Positions 22,344-32,834 of a DNA stretch of 64,000 nucleotides are shown here, one piece after another; the first letter of the stretch is position 1; the number at the start of each line of letters is the position of its first letter. Both the position numbers and the translations under genes were made by a program. A model generated the notes under the pieces. That model was given only the letters and a program-made list of their open reading frames with translations. It did not search any database and was not told the DNA's origin. The DNA is taken from positions 70,370,001 to 70,434,000 of the forward strand of contig OZ360238.1 in assembly GCA_977017645.1 (NCBI GenBank), in the 5' to 3' direction. This stretch comes from Torpedo marmorata. Its lineage: Eukaryota.

Positions 22344-22758
22344 TTTTACAAGTTTTAATAAATTTGAAGATGATGTAATATTAGCTGTTTCAACTCCTTT
22401 TTATTAGCTAAAATTGAACCATGAAGAGATTAAGAAGTATTTTCTCCGACTATTTTGTTATATTTCACTTATTGAGAAGTTAACCAAGTTGCATCAAAAT
22501 GACGACGTGTTTAACCATAGCAATGTAACCTAGACATTTTAATTGCCACAGGCCACAATCCTCGACATCTGCATTGGGTCAGAATAATCTGTTTTCCATC
22601 TTCTGTAGCCCAGCCATTTTCTATTGAAGAGGTGCATCAGCAGAATTGCTGTTTATATCCCTCCCGACTATGTATCATCCCTCCTTCTCTCAACAACACA
22701 AGCCATCAGTTATCTGCCCTGTACCTCAGTATCCTATGTGAATTTTAACCTTTTACCA

Positions 22759-23002
22759 TGTGGTAAACCACTGTTTGTGTATTGTATGTACTGCTGTCTG
22801 TCCCGGCGACTCCTCTCCCCTCCTTTGGGTGTCCAGGTAATCCCTCCCCTTTTCTCACCTGAATAAAGGCCTGTGTGCCACTGCTCCGCCCACAGTCCGG
22901 GAGAGATCTGCAGGTCTACTGTTGGTCTGTTTTATGTGTATTAAAGCCTATGGTTCGTTAACCCTCTCATAGTCTCTTGAGTGCTAATTGATAGGCATAT
23001 CA
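22759..23002 (+). repeat. 5' LTR
   Basis: Direct repeat of 27048-27291. Confidence 0.97.
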
Positions 23003-23025
23003 ATTTAATACACGTAAGAAAAATT

Positions 23026-26000
23026 ATGGAAGGCGCCCTCCGACCGGACCGACTGGACATCGACCCTTTAGCTCCTGATGCTGGCCATGCTTTCGAACAT
23101 TGGCTACGCTGCCTCCGATCGTTCTCAAAGGAGGTCAAGGCCGAAAGCGACGAGCAGAAACTAGAGGTCCTAGTATCTAGGGTAAGCCCTCGGTTGTATT
23201 CAACCATCTGGAAATGCGGGACGTACGACGAGGCGATGGAGGCACTGAGAAAGATCTATGTGACCCCTGTTAATGAGGTCTACGCGAGGTATAGACTATC
23301 GTTACGAAAACAGCGGGCCGGGGAGTCAATAGTGGACTTTGTCAGGGACATCCAGTCCCTAGTGCGAGCGTGCGCCTGTAAAGCGCTGACTGAAGAACAA
23401 CATGTTGATCTGCTGGAGAGGGACACCTTTATTATGGGGATGAGGTCAGTATACGTACGCCAGCGACTGCTGGAGCACTCTGACCTCGATCTCCGTTCTG
23501 CGGTGGCGATAGCTCGCACGCTGGAGTCCGCGCTGCAGAACTCCGACGCGATGCAGACGCGGGACCCCCAGGCTAATGCGTGGATCGCCCCGTTCCCCAG
23601 CCCCACCGATCCAAATGTGGCCGCTGTGGCCCGCGACCCGATTGCTGCCGCCGCTACCCGCGACCCGACCGCTACAGACGCTACTCTCACCGCCGCAGCT
23701 GTTAATCGCGAGCCCGAGAAGTGCTACTTCTGCGGGCTCGACAAGCATACGAGGAAACGCTGCCCGGCCCGCGACACGACTTGTTCCAACTGCGGCAAGA
23801 AAGGCCACTTCGCGAAGGCCTGCCGCTCCAAGCCGCGCGCGGGCCCGAGTAGTGCCGCGTGCGAGATATGGGAGCGGCCATCTTGCAGACTGGCACTTCC
23901 GGCGCCGACCGCGTGTGAGGAGTGGAAGCGGCCATCTTTCATGCTGGCACTTCCGGCGCCGCCATCTCAGAGCCGTACCTCGTTACTTCCTGCACTTCCG
24001 GCGCCGCCATTTTGTACAGAGACCTCCAGCGACACGTGCAACCCACGGGAGCGGCCATTTTTAAAGACCTCGGACCAAGACGACTTCACCCCAACTTTGG
24101 CATCCATCACCCTCGACCAGAAAGTTCCCCACCAGCTGACAAGATCCATGATGGACATACTGGTCGAGGGACACAAGATAACGTGTTTATTCGACAATGG
24201 CAGCACTGAGAGCTTTATCCACCTGGATACTGTTCAACGCTGTGGCCTAACGATAGTACCGGTAAGCCAGAGGGTGGCCATGGCATCGGGGTCCCACACA
24301 ACAGACATCCGGGGGGCGTGTGTGGCGAACATTGTGGTACAAGGGACTGAGTACCGGCAATTTTCCTTGTTTGTCATGAACCGTTTGTGTGCGCCGGTGT
24401 TACTGGGTTTGGATTTTCAAAGCCATTTGCAGAGCGTTACAATGCGGTATGACGGTCCTCTCCCCGCGATCACTGTAGCCAACCACCAGTTTCTGGATAG
24501 CACGCCCGAAACCACCTGTGGTCTCTCCACCCTTAAGATCTCGCCTCCGTCGTTGTTTGCGAACCTGACCCCGGACTGTAGGCCTGTGGCAACTAAAAGC
24601 AGGCGTTACAGTGCCGAGGACAGAGCATTTATCAAGACAGAGGTACAGAGATTGCTACAGGAAGGGATTATAGAGAAGAGTAATAGTCCCTGGAGAGCCC
24701 AGGTGGTTGTTGTAAAAGGGGCCAAGAGCAGAATGGTGGTGGACTACAGCCAAACCATTAATAGGTTTACGCTACTAGACGCATACCCGCTACCACGGAT
24801 AGCGGAGATGGTGAACCAAATTGCCCAATACCGTCTCTTTTCCACCATCGACTTGAAATCGGCATATCACCAGCTCCCTATCCGTCGGGAGGACCGTTCA
24901 TACACCGCGTTCGAGGCAGATGGCAGGCTGTTCCAATTCCTGCGCCTTCCGTTTGGAGTTACTAATGGTGTTTCTGTTTTTCAGCGGGAGATGGACAGGA
25001 TTGTGGACCATTACAAACTTAAAGCCACTTTCCAATATCTTGACGACATTACCATCTGTGGTTATGATCGTCAGGACCATGACAACAACCTCCGGAGGTT
25101 CCTGCAGGCGGCCAAAGCTCGAAACCTCACGTATAACAAAGAAAAATGCGTGTTTGGTACCACTCGCCTCGCTATTTTGGGGTATGTGGTCGAGAACGGG
25201 GTAATTAGACAAGACCCCGAACGCATGCGGCCCCTGCTGGAACTTCCGCTCCCCACCAATCCCAGAGCCCTTAAACGATGCCTCGGGTTCTTTTCCTATT
25301 ATGCCCAATGGGTCCCAAATTATGCGGATAAAGCCCGACCCCTTGTGAAATCCACTGCATTTCCCCTTGCTTTGGAGGCACGTAAGGCGTTCGACCTTAT
25401 AAAAGGGGACATTGCGCGAGCAACAATGCACGCAGTGGATGAGGAGACACCTTTCCAGGTGGAGAGTGACGCATCGGACTTCGCGCTGGCTGCTACCCTC
25501 AACCAGGCGGGAAGGCCGGTGGCATTTTTCTCTCGAACCCTTCAGGGCCCCGAAATTCGGCACTCAGCGGTGGAGAAGGAAGCCCAGGCCATAGTGGAGG
25601 CCATCAGGCATTGGAGGCACTATCTCGCCGGTAAGCATTTTACCCTGCTGACAGATCAAAGCTCTGTGGCATTCATGTTCAACAATCAGCAGCGGGGTAA
25701 GATCAAAAATGACAAGATCATGAGGTGGAGAATAGAGCTCTCCACCTACAATTACGACATCATGTACCGGCCCGGGAAGCTCAATGAGCCCTCCGATGCT
25801 CTATCCCGGGGATCATGCGCCAGCGCGCAGGTCGACCGATTACACGCCCTACATGACGACCTATGCCACCCAGGAATTACCAGGCTCTTTCACTTCGTGA
25901 AGTCACAGAACCTGCCATACTCCCTGGAAGAGGTCAGGACAATGATCAGCAGTTGCCGGGTTTGCGCGGAGTGCAAACCCCAGTTCTACCGCCCCGACAA

Positions 26001-26961
26001 GGCACAGCTGATCAAAGCCACTCGCCCCTTTGAACGTCTCAGCATTGACTTCAAGGGCCCCCTTCCCTCCACGAACCGCAATGTGTACTTTCTGAACATT
26101 ATTGACGAGTACTCGCGGTTCCCCTTCGCCATTCCCTGCCCCGACACTTCGGCTGCCTCAACCATAAAAGCTCTTCGCCAGGTATTTACGCTGTTTGGCT
26201 TCCCGACCTACATTCATAGCGACCGGGGATCAGCTTTTATGAGTGAGGAGCTGCGCCAGTTCCTGCTGACCCGGGGCATCGCCACTAGTAGGACCACCAC
26301 ATACAACCCCCGAGGTAATGGACAGGTGGAAAGGGAGAACGCCACTGTCTGGAAGGCGGCGCTCCTGGCTCTCAAGTCCAGGGGACTGCCGGTTTCCCGC
26401 TGGCAAGATGTTCTCCCCGAAGCCCTCCATTCGATACGGTCCTTACTGTGAACAGCCACCAATGTAACGCCTCATGAGAGATTTTTCTCCTTCTCCAGGA
26501 GGTCGAACACCGGAACCGCCCTGCCTGCCTGGCTGACGTCTCCGGGGCCGGTGCTGCTCCGCAACCACCTCCGGAGCAGCAAATATGAGCCCGCGGTCCA
26601 GAGGGTGCAGTTAGCGCACGCTAACCCGCAGTACGCCTACGTGGTCTTCCCGGATGGGAGAGAGGACACGGTCTCAATTCGGGACCTGGCGCCCGCGGGA
26701 GCGCCGGAGGAACCTCTCGATGGGCAAGACCACTCGCTGCGGCCCCTCCCTATTCCCTCTTCTACAACGTCAGACCAGGCACCCTCGATGGAACCCACAA
26801 TCCTGCCATCTCACCCAGCACCACAGGAGGAGGCGACGGTCTTGCCATCTTCCCCTGCACCACAACCCGCACCCAGGGTACCCTCTGCACCACAACCCGC
26901 ACCCAGGGTACTGCGCAGGTCACAAAGGCGAGCCAAACCACCGGATCGCCTTGACCTGTAG
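23026..26961 (+). pseudogene. gag-pol: gag-pol polyprotein with one in-frame TGA at 26449-26451
   Basis: Zinc knuckles CYFCGLDKHTRKRC and CSNCGKKGHFAKAC, protease LFDNGS, RT YLDD, RNase H SDASD, integrase H..H..C..C plus D,D,E. ORF 26551-26961 is in the same frame after the stop. Confidence 0.95.
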
Positions 26962-27047
26962 ATTATGACTGTAAATATTTTGAATTCCTGTAGCGATTGT
27001 ATTGTGGCCACTTCACCCCGCTGGACTCTTTTAAAAGGAGGGGTGAA

Positions 27048-27291
27048 TGTGGTAAACCACTGTTTGTGTATTGTATGTACTGCTGTCTGTCCCGGCGACT
27101 CCTCTCCCCTCCTTTGGGTGTCCAGGTAATCCCTCCCCTTTTCTCACCTGAATAAAGGCCTGTGTGCCACTGTTCCACCCACAGTCCGGGAGAGATCTGC
27201 AGGTCTACTGTTGGTCTGTTTTATGTGTATTAAAGCCTATGGTTCGTTAACCCTCTCATAGTCTCTTGAGTGCTAATTAATAGGCATATCA
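27048..27291 (+). repeat. 3' LTR
   Basis: Preceded by the PPT and followed by TSD TACCA. Confidence 0.97.
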
Positions 27292-27489
27292 TACCATTAA
27301 AAGGCTTCTGTCATAGAAGAGGAAAAGAGGAAAGATTGAATATCTTTCTGATTGTAGTAAATGGCTTCCCTGGGAGCACAATACCCATCTTAGCTCTCCA
27401 TTTTTCTCTCCTGCAGTCACAATGGCTTGAACAGGCTTATAAGGACAAATCAGGCTGGGCAAATTTGCTTTTCATTGGAAAAGAGTATA

Positions 27490-27897
27490 CAGGCACCCCC
27501 AAGGTTATGCCAAGGTTCCATTCCTGAGAAATATTTGTAACACGATTTCTTCGCAAATACGAAACACAAAAGTAGTATGGGAAAGTATTGTAGAAACAAC
27601 TGTGAGGGGAGAGCAAGCAGGTGCGGGAAGAGTGGCTACGAGATGACTTGGTGTGTGAGCGAGCGAGTCTTCTCAGTGCTCCCAGCTCTGCTTGGGTTCC
27701 ACCCAGCCCCCCGATCGCTGCAGCTCGGGGCACGAGGAAGAGAAGGCTCATGAAAATGCCCCATTCCCACTCAGTAGAAGATGGCTACAGCCCCACAGCA
27801 GACATCGTCCATCCCGATCCATCCTACCAGTCTCCTAAGTGCTCGTTCGTATGTAAGGGGTGTCCATAAATCAGGCATTTGTAACCAGGAGGGCCTG
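27490..27897. mobile_element. Tigger/pogo-like MITE
   Basis: Imperfect TIRs CAGGCACCCCCAAGGTTA and TAACCAGGAGGGCCTG, with TA on both sides. Confidence 0.7.
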
Positions 27898-28210
27898 TAT
27901 GTATTTAGTGAATGGTTCACTCACAATTTATTCCATTGTTTTCTCTCATCAATGTAAAGCCATTTTAATTCTGAAGCAGATATTTAAAGAAACAACAGCA
28001 AATCTAAACTATTTCCAAAAATCAGCAGGTTTTACATTGATCTTCAAGACTAACCTAGATCTTACCATGTGATAAAATGATGATGATGATAATGGGTTTC
28101 TTGTTGTACATAAGTACAATGTACAGATTCATTGAAATTCTTACTTGCTGCTGCCTCACCAGAATGCAAGATAGACCAACTACAACAGTATAAATTAAAT
28201 TACCACAATA

Positions 28211-28843
28211 CATCAGCGCCTCTACTTCCTCAGGAGTTTGCGGAGGTTTGGTATGACATCAGAAACCCTGGCAAATTTATACAGAGGTGTGGTGGAAAGT
28301 GTGCTGACCAGCTGCATCTTGGTCTGGTATGGAAACACCAATACCCCTGAGCTTAAAGCACTGCAAAAGGTAGTAGACACAGCCCAGGACATCACAGGCA
28401 AAACCCTCCCCACTATTGAGCACATCTACAGGGAGCGCTGCCGTCGGAGAGCAGCAGCAATCATCAAAGACCCTCACACCCAGCACACACTCTGTTCTCG
28501 CTGCTGCCATCAGGAAAGAGGTATAGGTGCCACAAGACTTGCACCACCAGGTTCAGGAACAGCTGCTACCCCTCCACCATCAGACTCCTCAACGACAAAC
28601 TCAAACAGAGACTCATTTAAGGACTTTTACTTGTGCACTTTATTGATTTTCTTTTTGTTCTCTCTGTATTGCACAGTCAGTTTGTTTACAGTTCTTTGTT
28701 TGTTTGCATGTTTTAAGCTGTGTACAGTTTATTTTTTGCACTACAAATTAGTGGTAATTCTGCCGCGCCCACAGGTAAAAGGAATCTCAGGGTTGTATGT
28801 GAGGTCATGTATGTACTCTGACAATAAATCTGAAATCTGAAAT
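28211..28843 (+). mobile_element. Rex1/Babar-type LINE 3' fragment
   Basis: RRFGMTSETLANLYRGVVESVLTSCI C-terminal domain and an AATAAATCTGAAATCTGAAA tail. Confidence 0.88.
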
Positions 28844-30321
28844 TTGAATATGCCAAGACAGAAAATGAATCCCAATAATAAAAATTCTTCTTCACACTGC
28901 TAATGTGTACTTGTTTATAAACTAATCATTCAGAATTTTAACATCAAACTCTTCAAAAAGTTCTTCGGTAGCTACAATATTTTAAGAGAGAAATAATTGC
29001 TCCTATTTCAGATCATTGTACAAAAATCATTTGAAATACTGAGAAATTTAAGTACTCTGTAAGCTAACAAATATGGTATTTCTGTCACCACGAATGTGAA
29101 GTTTCAGTCACTTATCACCTATTTCTCTAACCTTTCTATTTTGATCCTCCTACCCACGTTTATAATAGCTTTATGGACACTTGAGGCATATGAGTCTCCT
29201 TCCAGATTCAAAGCTAAGTTCAACAATTTCAAATCACTGTTCTCTCATCCCCGCATTTCATATCTTTCATTTCTTTACTTATCCTGTTCATTTTGTCTGT
29301 TAATCTCTCACTCTGCCATCCTAACATTGATCTTTTCTTTTGTTCTTTCCCTACATCCAAAATCTCCATGCTTCTGTATTTGATTACAACCTTGGTTTCC
29401 ATAAAATTAATCTTGAAAAGCTGCATGCAACTTTTCACTGATATTTTCATGAGCACTGTGCCAGTGATCAAAGAGGAATTTCTGCCTTGTTGTATCTCCG
29501 ATTTTTCCCAGTTTGTTTCATAGCCCATTAGCTTCAAACTGTAATCTGTGGCGCAGAAATTCTATCCTATCATGCAATGTTTATAAGGAATATGCTATAG
29601 TTTTCTTTAAATCTGAAAAATGGTTGCCTCTGTGCTTCTATGACGAACAGTGATGTCTTTCTGCTTAAAGGTTAACAGGAATCATTGATAGGGAGTTTGT
29701 CAGTGAAACAAAGTTTGGAGGTTGTGCACTGCAAGCTCCCTTGGCCTTGTACAAAAACTGGTGTCGGTTTCCCACACTGTGTCATCTGAAGAAGTTTTAA
29801 AATGCAAAATTCCTAAGCCTTTATAACTCTTCACATGCTTCTGACCTGTTGAGTATTTTCAGCGATCATGGTTGTATGAAAGGGAAAGACTTGGGCTAGT
29901 GATAGATTTCTGTAGCTTAACTTGAAAATTATGTGCTGGGTTTTTCTTTCAATATTCTTTGATTCGCACCCATAATAAAACTCCTGAAGACTTTAATATT
30001 ATATGTAACGTTTGACAGATTACAGAGAAGTGTAGGTAGAATAGAGCAAAAATGAAAATTTGAGAGATAACTTTTCTTAATTAATGATTTTGGGTCAACA
30101 TGGTTTCTTTTATGTTAGTCTCTTTATCATTGCCAAACTTTATAAACAATGTTATATGTGTCAAAAGAATGTGCATTGGCAGATTTACATCCTTTGTTCG
30201 CAGGTTTTTGGATAGTACATCGAATCAGTCTCTATCAATGGATTATTAGAAATGTAAATATGAGTAAAAACATCTCCACATATGCACTATTATTTCCTTG
30301 CCTGCGGTCACTCCAGCATTC

Positions 30322-30428
30322 GTAAAAAGATACAGAAATGCTGGAGGAACTCAGCCGGTCTCGCAGTGTCAATAGGAGGTAAAGATATATTACTGACGAT
30401 TCGAGCCTGAGTCCTTCTTCAAGGTATA
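30322..30428 (-). mobile_element. Short Penelope pLTR copy with a degenerate hammerhead-like core
   Basis: Reverse complement reads ATACCTTGAAGAAGGACTCAGGCTCGAATCGTCAG...CTGAGTTCCTCCAGCATT. Confidence 0.7.
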
Positions 30429-31660
30429 TGTTCCCCTGGCAACATCTACAGGTAGTTTCAGACCATCAAGGAATTAGAGGTGCATCTTAAGAATGGACTT
30501 GAAACAAACCAAGAATTCAAACAATATGACTCTGTCTGACAAACTGAAGTCGTTCGCGTTTTGTCTAAACACTGAATGAAGTAGTTCACGTTTTGTTTAA
30601 ACACTGAGTTTAATAGTTGACAGAACAGCTCAACAACACAGTGTACAGACAAGGAATGCTTTAACTTTCCAGCCGCAAAAGTCAAGAAGAAACGCACTGA
30701 GGTCCCGTGCCTTGAGTCAGCTGCTCTCTGATAAGAGCCAGTGCTCTAGCTCCCGCGAGTGCTCGAGCTCTCGCGAGTGCCTGACCCCGCCGAATGACGG
30801 TTTGAGATCCAAGTGGCTCGACCAGCCACAAAACCACATTAAATAATACCAGTGCATGTAACGTTGATGAACATATTCCACATTAACTAAAATCTGATTA
30901 AAAAAACATTGCACAACAGGAAGTGTTATTTCTCACTTAGTTACCTCATGGGTAATGATTTTTATGTACATTTTTATCTGATGTTTGTTAGCCCGTGAAA
31001 GAAGCTGTGAAGCTACCAGCTGTGAAAATGGGAAGAAAGTTATGACAGGACAAACAAGTTGGCTGTGGACTTATCAAGGTCTCTGGGATGAGAGATACTG
31101 ATGTGTCTGCTGTATATAAAGCAGACTAATCTAAGCATATTGTGAGCCCCAACATGCTGAGCAGTTTACCAAAAGGTCAGTTGAATTCTTCAAACACATT
31201 ATTTTCCTTTCAAAGCTTGCATGAGAGGACTAATGTATCTGAAAAGTATTCCTCCAAAGCAATGCTCCCTATTAACCTGTGTTACAATTTGCAGTCAATA
31301 TTACTGCTCAGAAATGACTGAGCCTTTGGGCTTCACTAAAAAAAAATTCAAGTAAAGTACATTCAATATTGCAAGCTGGTGTGAGAGTTTGTATGAATTA
31401 ATTGTCATTGTAAAGAGTACAATCTGTGATAAATCTTCTTGTTTAATGTCTCAGGTGAGATGGCATTCTCCAGCCTTCAGCCCATTAAATCTAAAATGAC
31501 TGGATATGTAAATAATTATAACCTGTCAATCGCCCAGATGATTAGAGGACAGAGCTATTTTCACAGTAATGCTCGACGAGGGATGGAATAATCCACCTAG
31601 AACAACAGCATCTTCACCATCCCCATATACAAACACAGACAAATATTCTACTATGTGCAA

Positions 31661-32327
31661 TGTTATGGACCATGACTGACAGTTTGGACTGCGGACGGTA
31701 AGCAGGAAGGATGAAGTCTTTGGGAGTATACACTGGGACCTGGTACTGAAAGAGTTAACTTGTCCAGGACTTCTTGTATTTACCAGAGAGAGACATCAGG
31801 GGGAGACAAACTGTGGAAAGTTAGTTGGGTGTGGAACTTTAGAAGAAGGAAGACAGAGAAAACTCTCTCTGTATGAAGGCCTCAAGTTTAGTCGTGGAAA
31901 ACTGAATCAGTGGCAGTTTTGGAGTTGAAAAGACAGGAGAACTCAACAGGATTCAGGCTTGTGCATCCCAGAGAAGAAGTTGGGAGAATAGCACAGAGTC
32001 TCTTGAATCAGAAAAGTCCAGGCTTGTGTATCCCAGGGGAAATGGCTGGGAGAAAAACAAGGCCTGATGATTTGGCAGAATCCTGAGTTGAGAGCAGCTT
32101 TTGTGAGGAACAAGCTGTGAGATCCAAGTACACGCCTTAATCCAAGACGGATCTGAATTCGCAATATTTGTGAAAACACCAGAACACCAGAAGGGAAAGT
32201 CATCAGAGAAGAAAAGCAAGCCAAGTATTCGTAAGCATAAACAGTCATTGTCTCTCTCCAACGTTCATTAAGAAGACTTGCTTGCCAGCACACAGAGCTG
32301 AATTTGGACCCTGAACATAGAGAGTGA
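31661..32327 (+). repeat. Probable truncated 5' LTR of the Gmr1-like element
   Basis: Begins TGTTATG, is purine-rich and non-coding, and lies just upstream of the gag remnant. There is no second copy to confirm it. Confidence 0.4.
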
Positions 32328-32834
32328 AATTTAGAATCCCATTTGTAAATAATTTCTTCTTTGGAATCTTCTCCTATATTATTTAATTCTATTTTAATCC
32401 AAGCAGAAGATTTAGTTAAATCAAAAAATTCATTAACAAATTTTAATTGAGCTGCTTTATAATAATTTTGGAAATTAGGAAGTTGTAAACCACCCATTTC
32501 ATAATTCCAAGTTAATTTTTCCATACCTACTCTTGCTAGCTTTCCTTTCCATAAAGATTTTCTAATAATTGAATTTAAATCTTTAAAAATTTTTTGAGGA
32601 ATTCCATAAGGAATTGATTGAAAAAGATATTGAATTCTTGGAAAAACATTCATTTTAATACAGTTTACTCTTCCCATTAAAGTTATAGGTAAATCTTTCC
32701 AGTTTTCTAAATCTTTCTTTATTTTCACAAATAATGGTAAGTAATTTAATTTATATAAATTAGTCAAATTTGTATCAACCTTTATTCCCAAATATTTAAT
32801 TCCTTCCTTAGCCCACTTAAATTGTGTAATTTGT
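32328..32834 (-). mobile_element. Internal L1 ORF2 fragment without a 3' end
   Basis: KYLGIKV..LPITLMGRVNCIKMNVFPRIQY..GGLQLPNF; the overlap with 43160-43349 is closely similar. Confidence 0.88.

Larger units (their letters stand above)
22759..27291 (+). mobile_element. Young, near-intact Gypsy/Ty3 LTR retrotransposon lacking a tRNA PBS
   Basis: 244-bp LTRs (22759-23002, 27048-27291) differ at 3 positions and have TG..CA ends. TSD TACCA (22754-22758, 27292-27296), PPT AAAAGGAGGGGTGAA, single gag-pol frame. Confidence 0.97.

Noticed and set aside
23280-25563. Antisense and alternative-frame ORFs within the Gypsy gag-pol
   Set aside because: Shadow ORFs of a GC-rich coding sequence with no independent motifs.
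26856-26910. Tandem 30-bp repeat (SAPQPAPRV) in the integrase tail, considered as a chromodomain or special module
   Set aside because: It is a simple proline-rich duplication in a disordered tail and has no chromodomain signature.
31943-32791. 282-aa ORF fusing L1 ORF2 to novel sequence
   Set aside because: Chance read-through from an L1 fragment into the antisense strand of the putative LTR.
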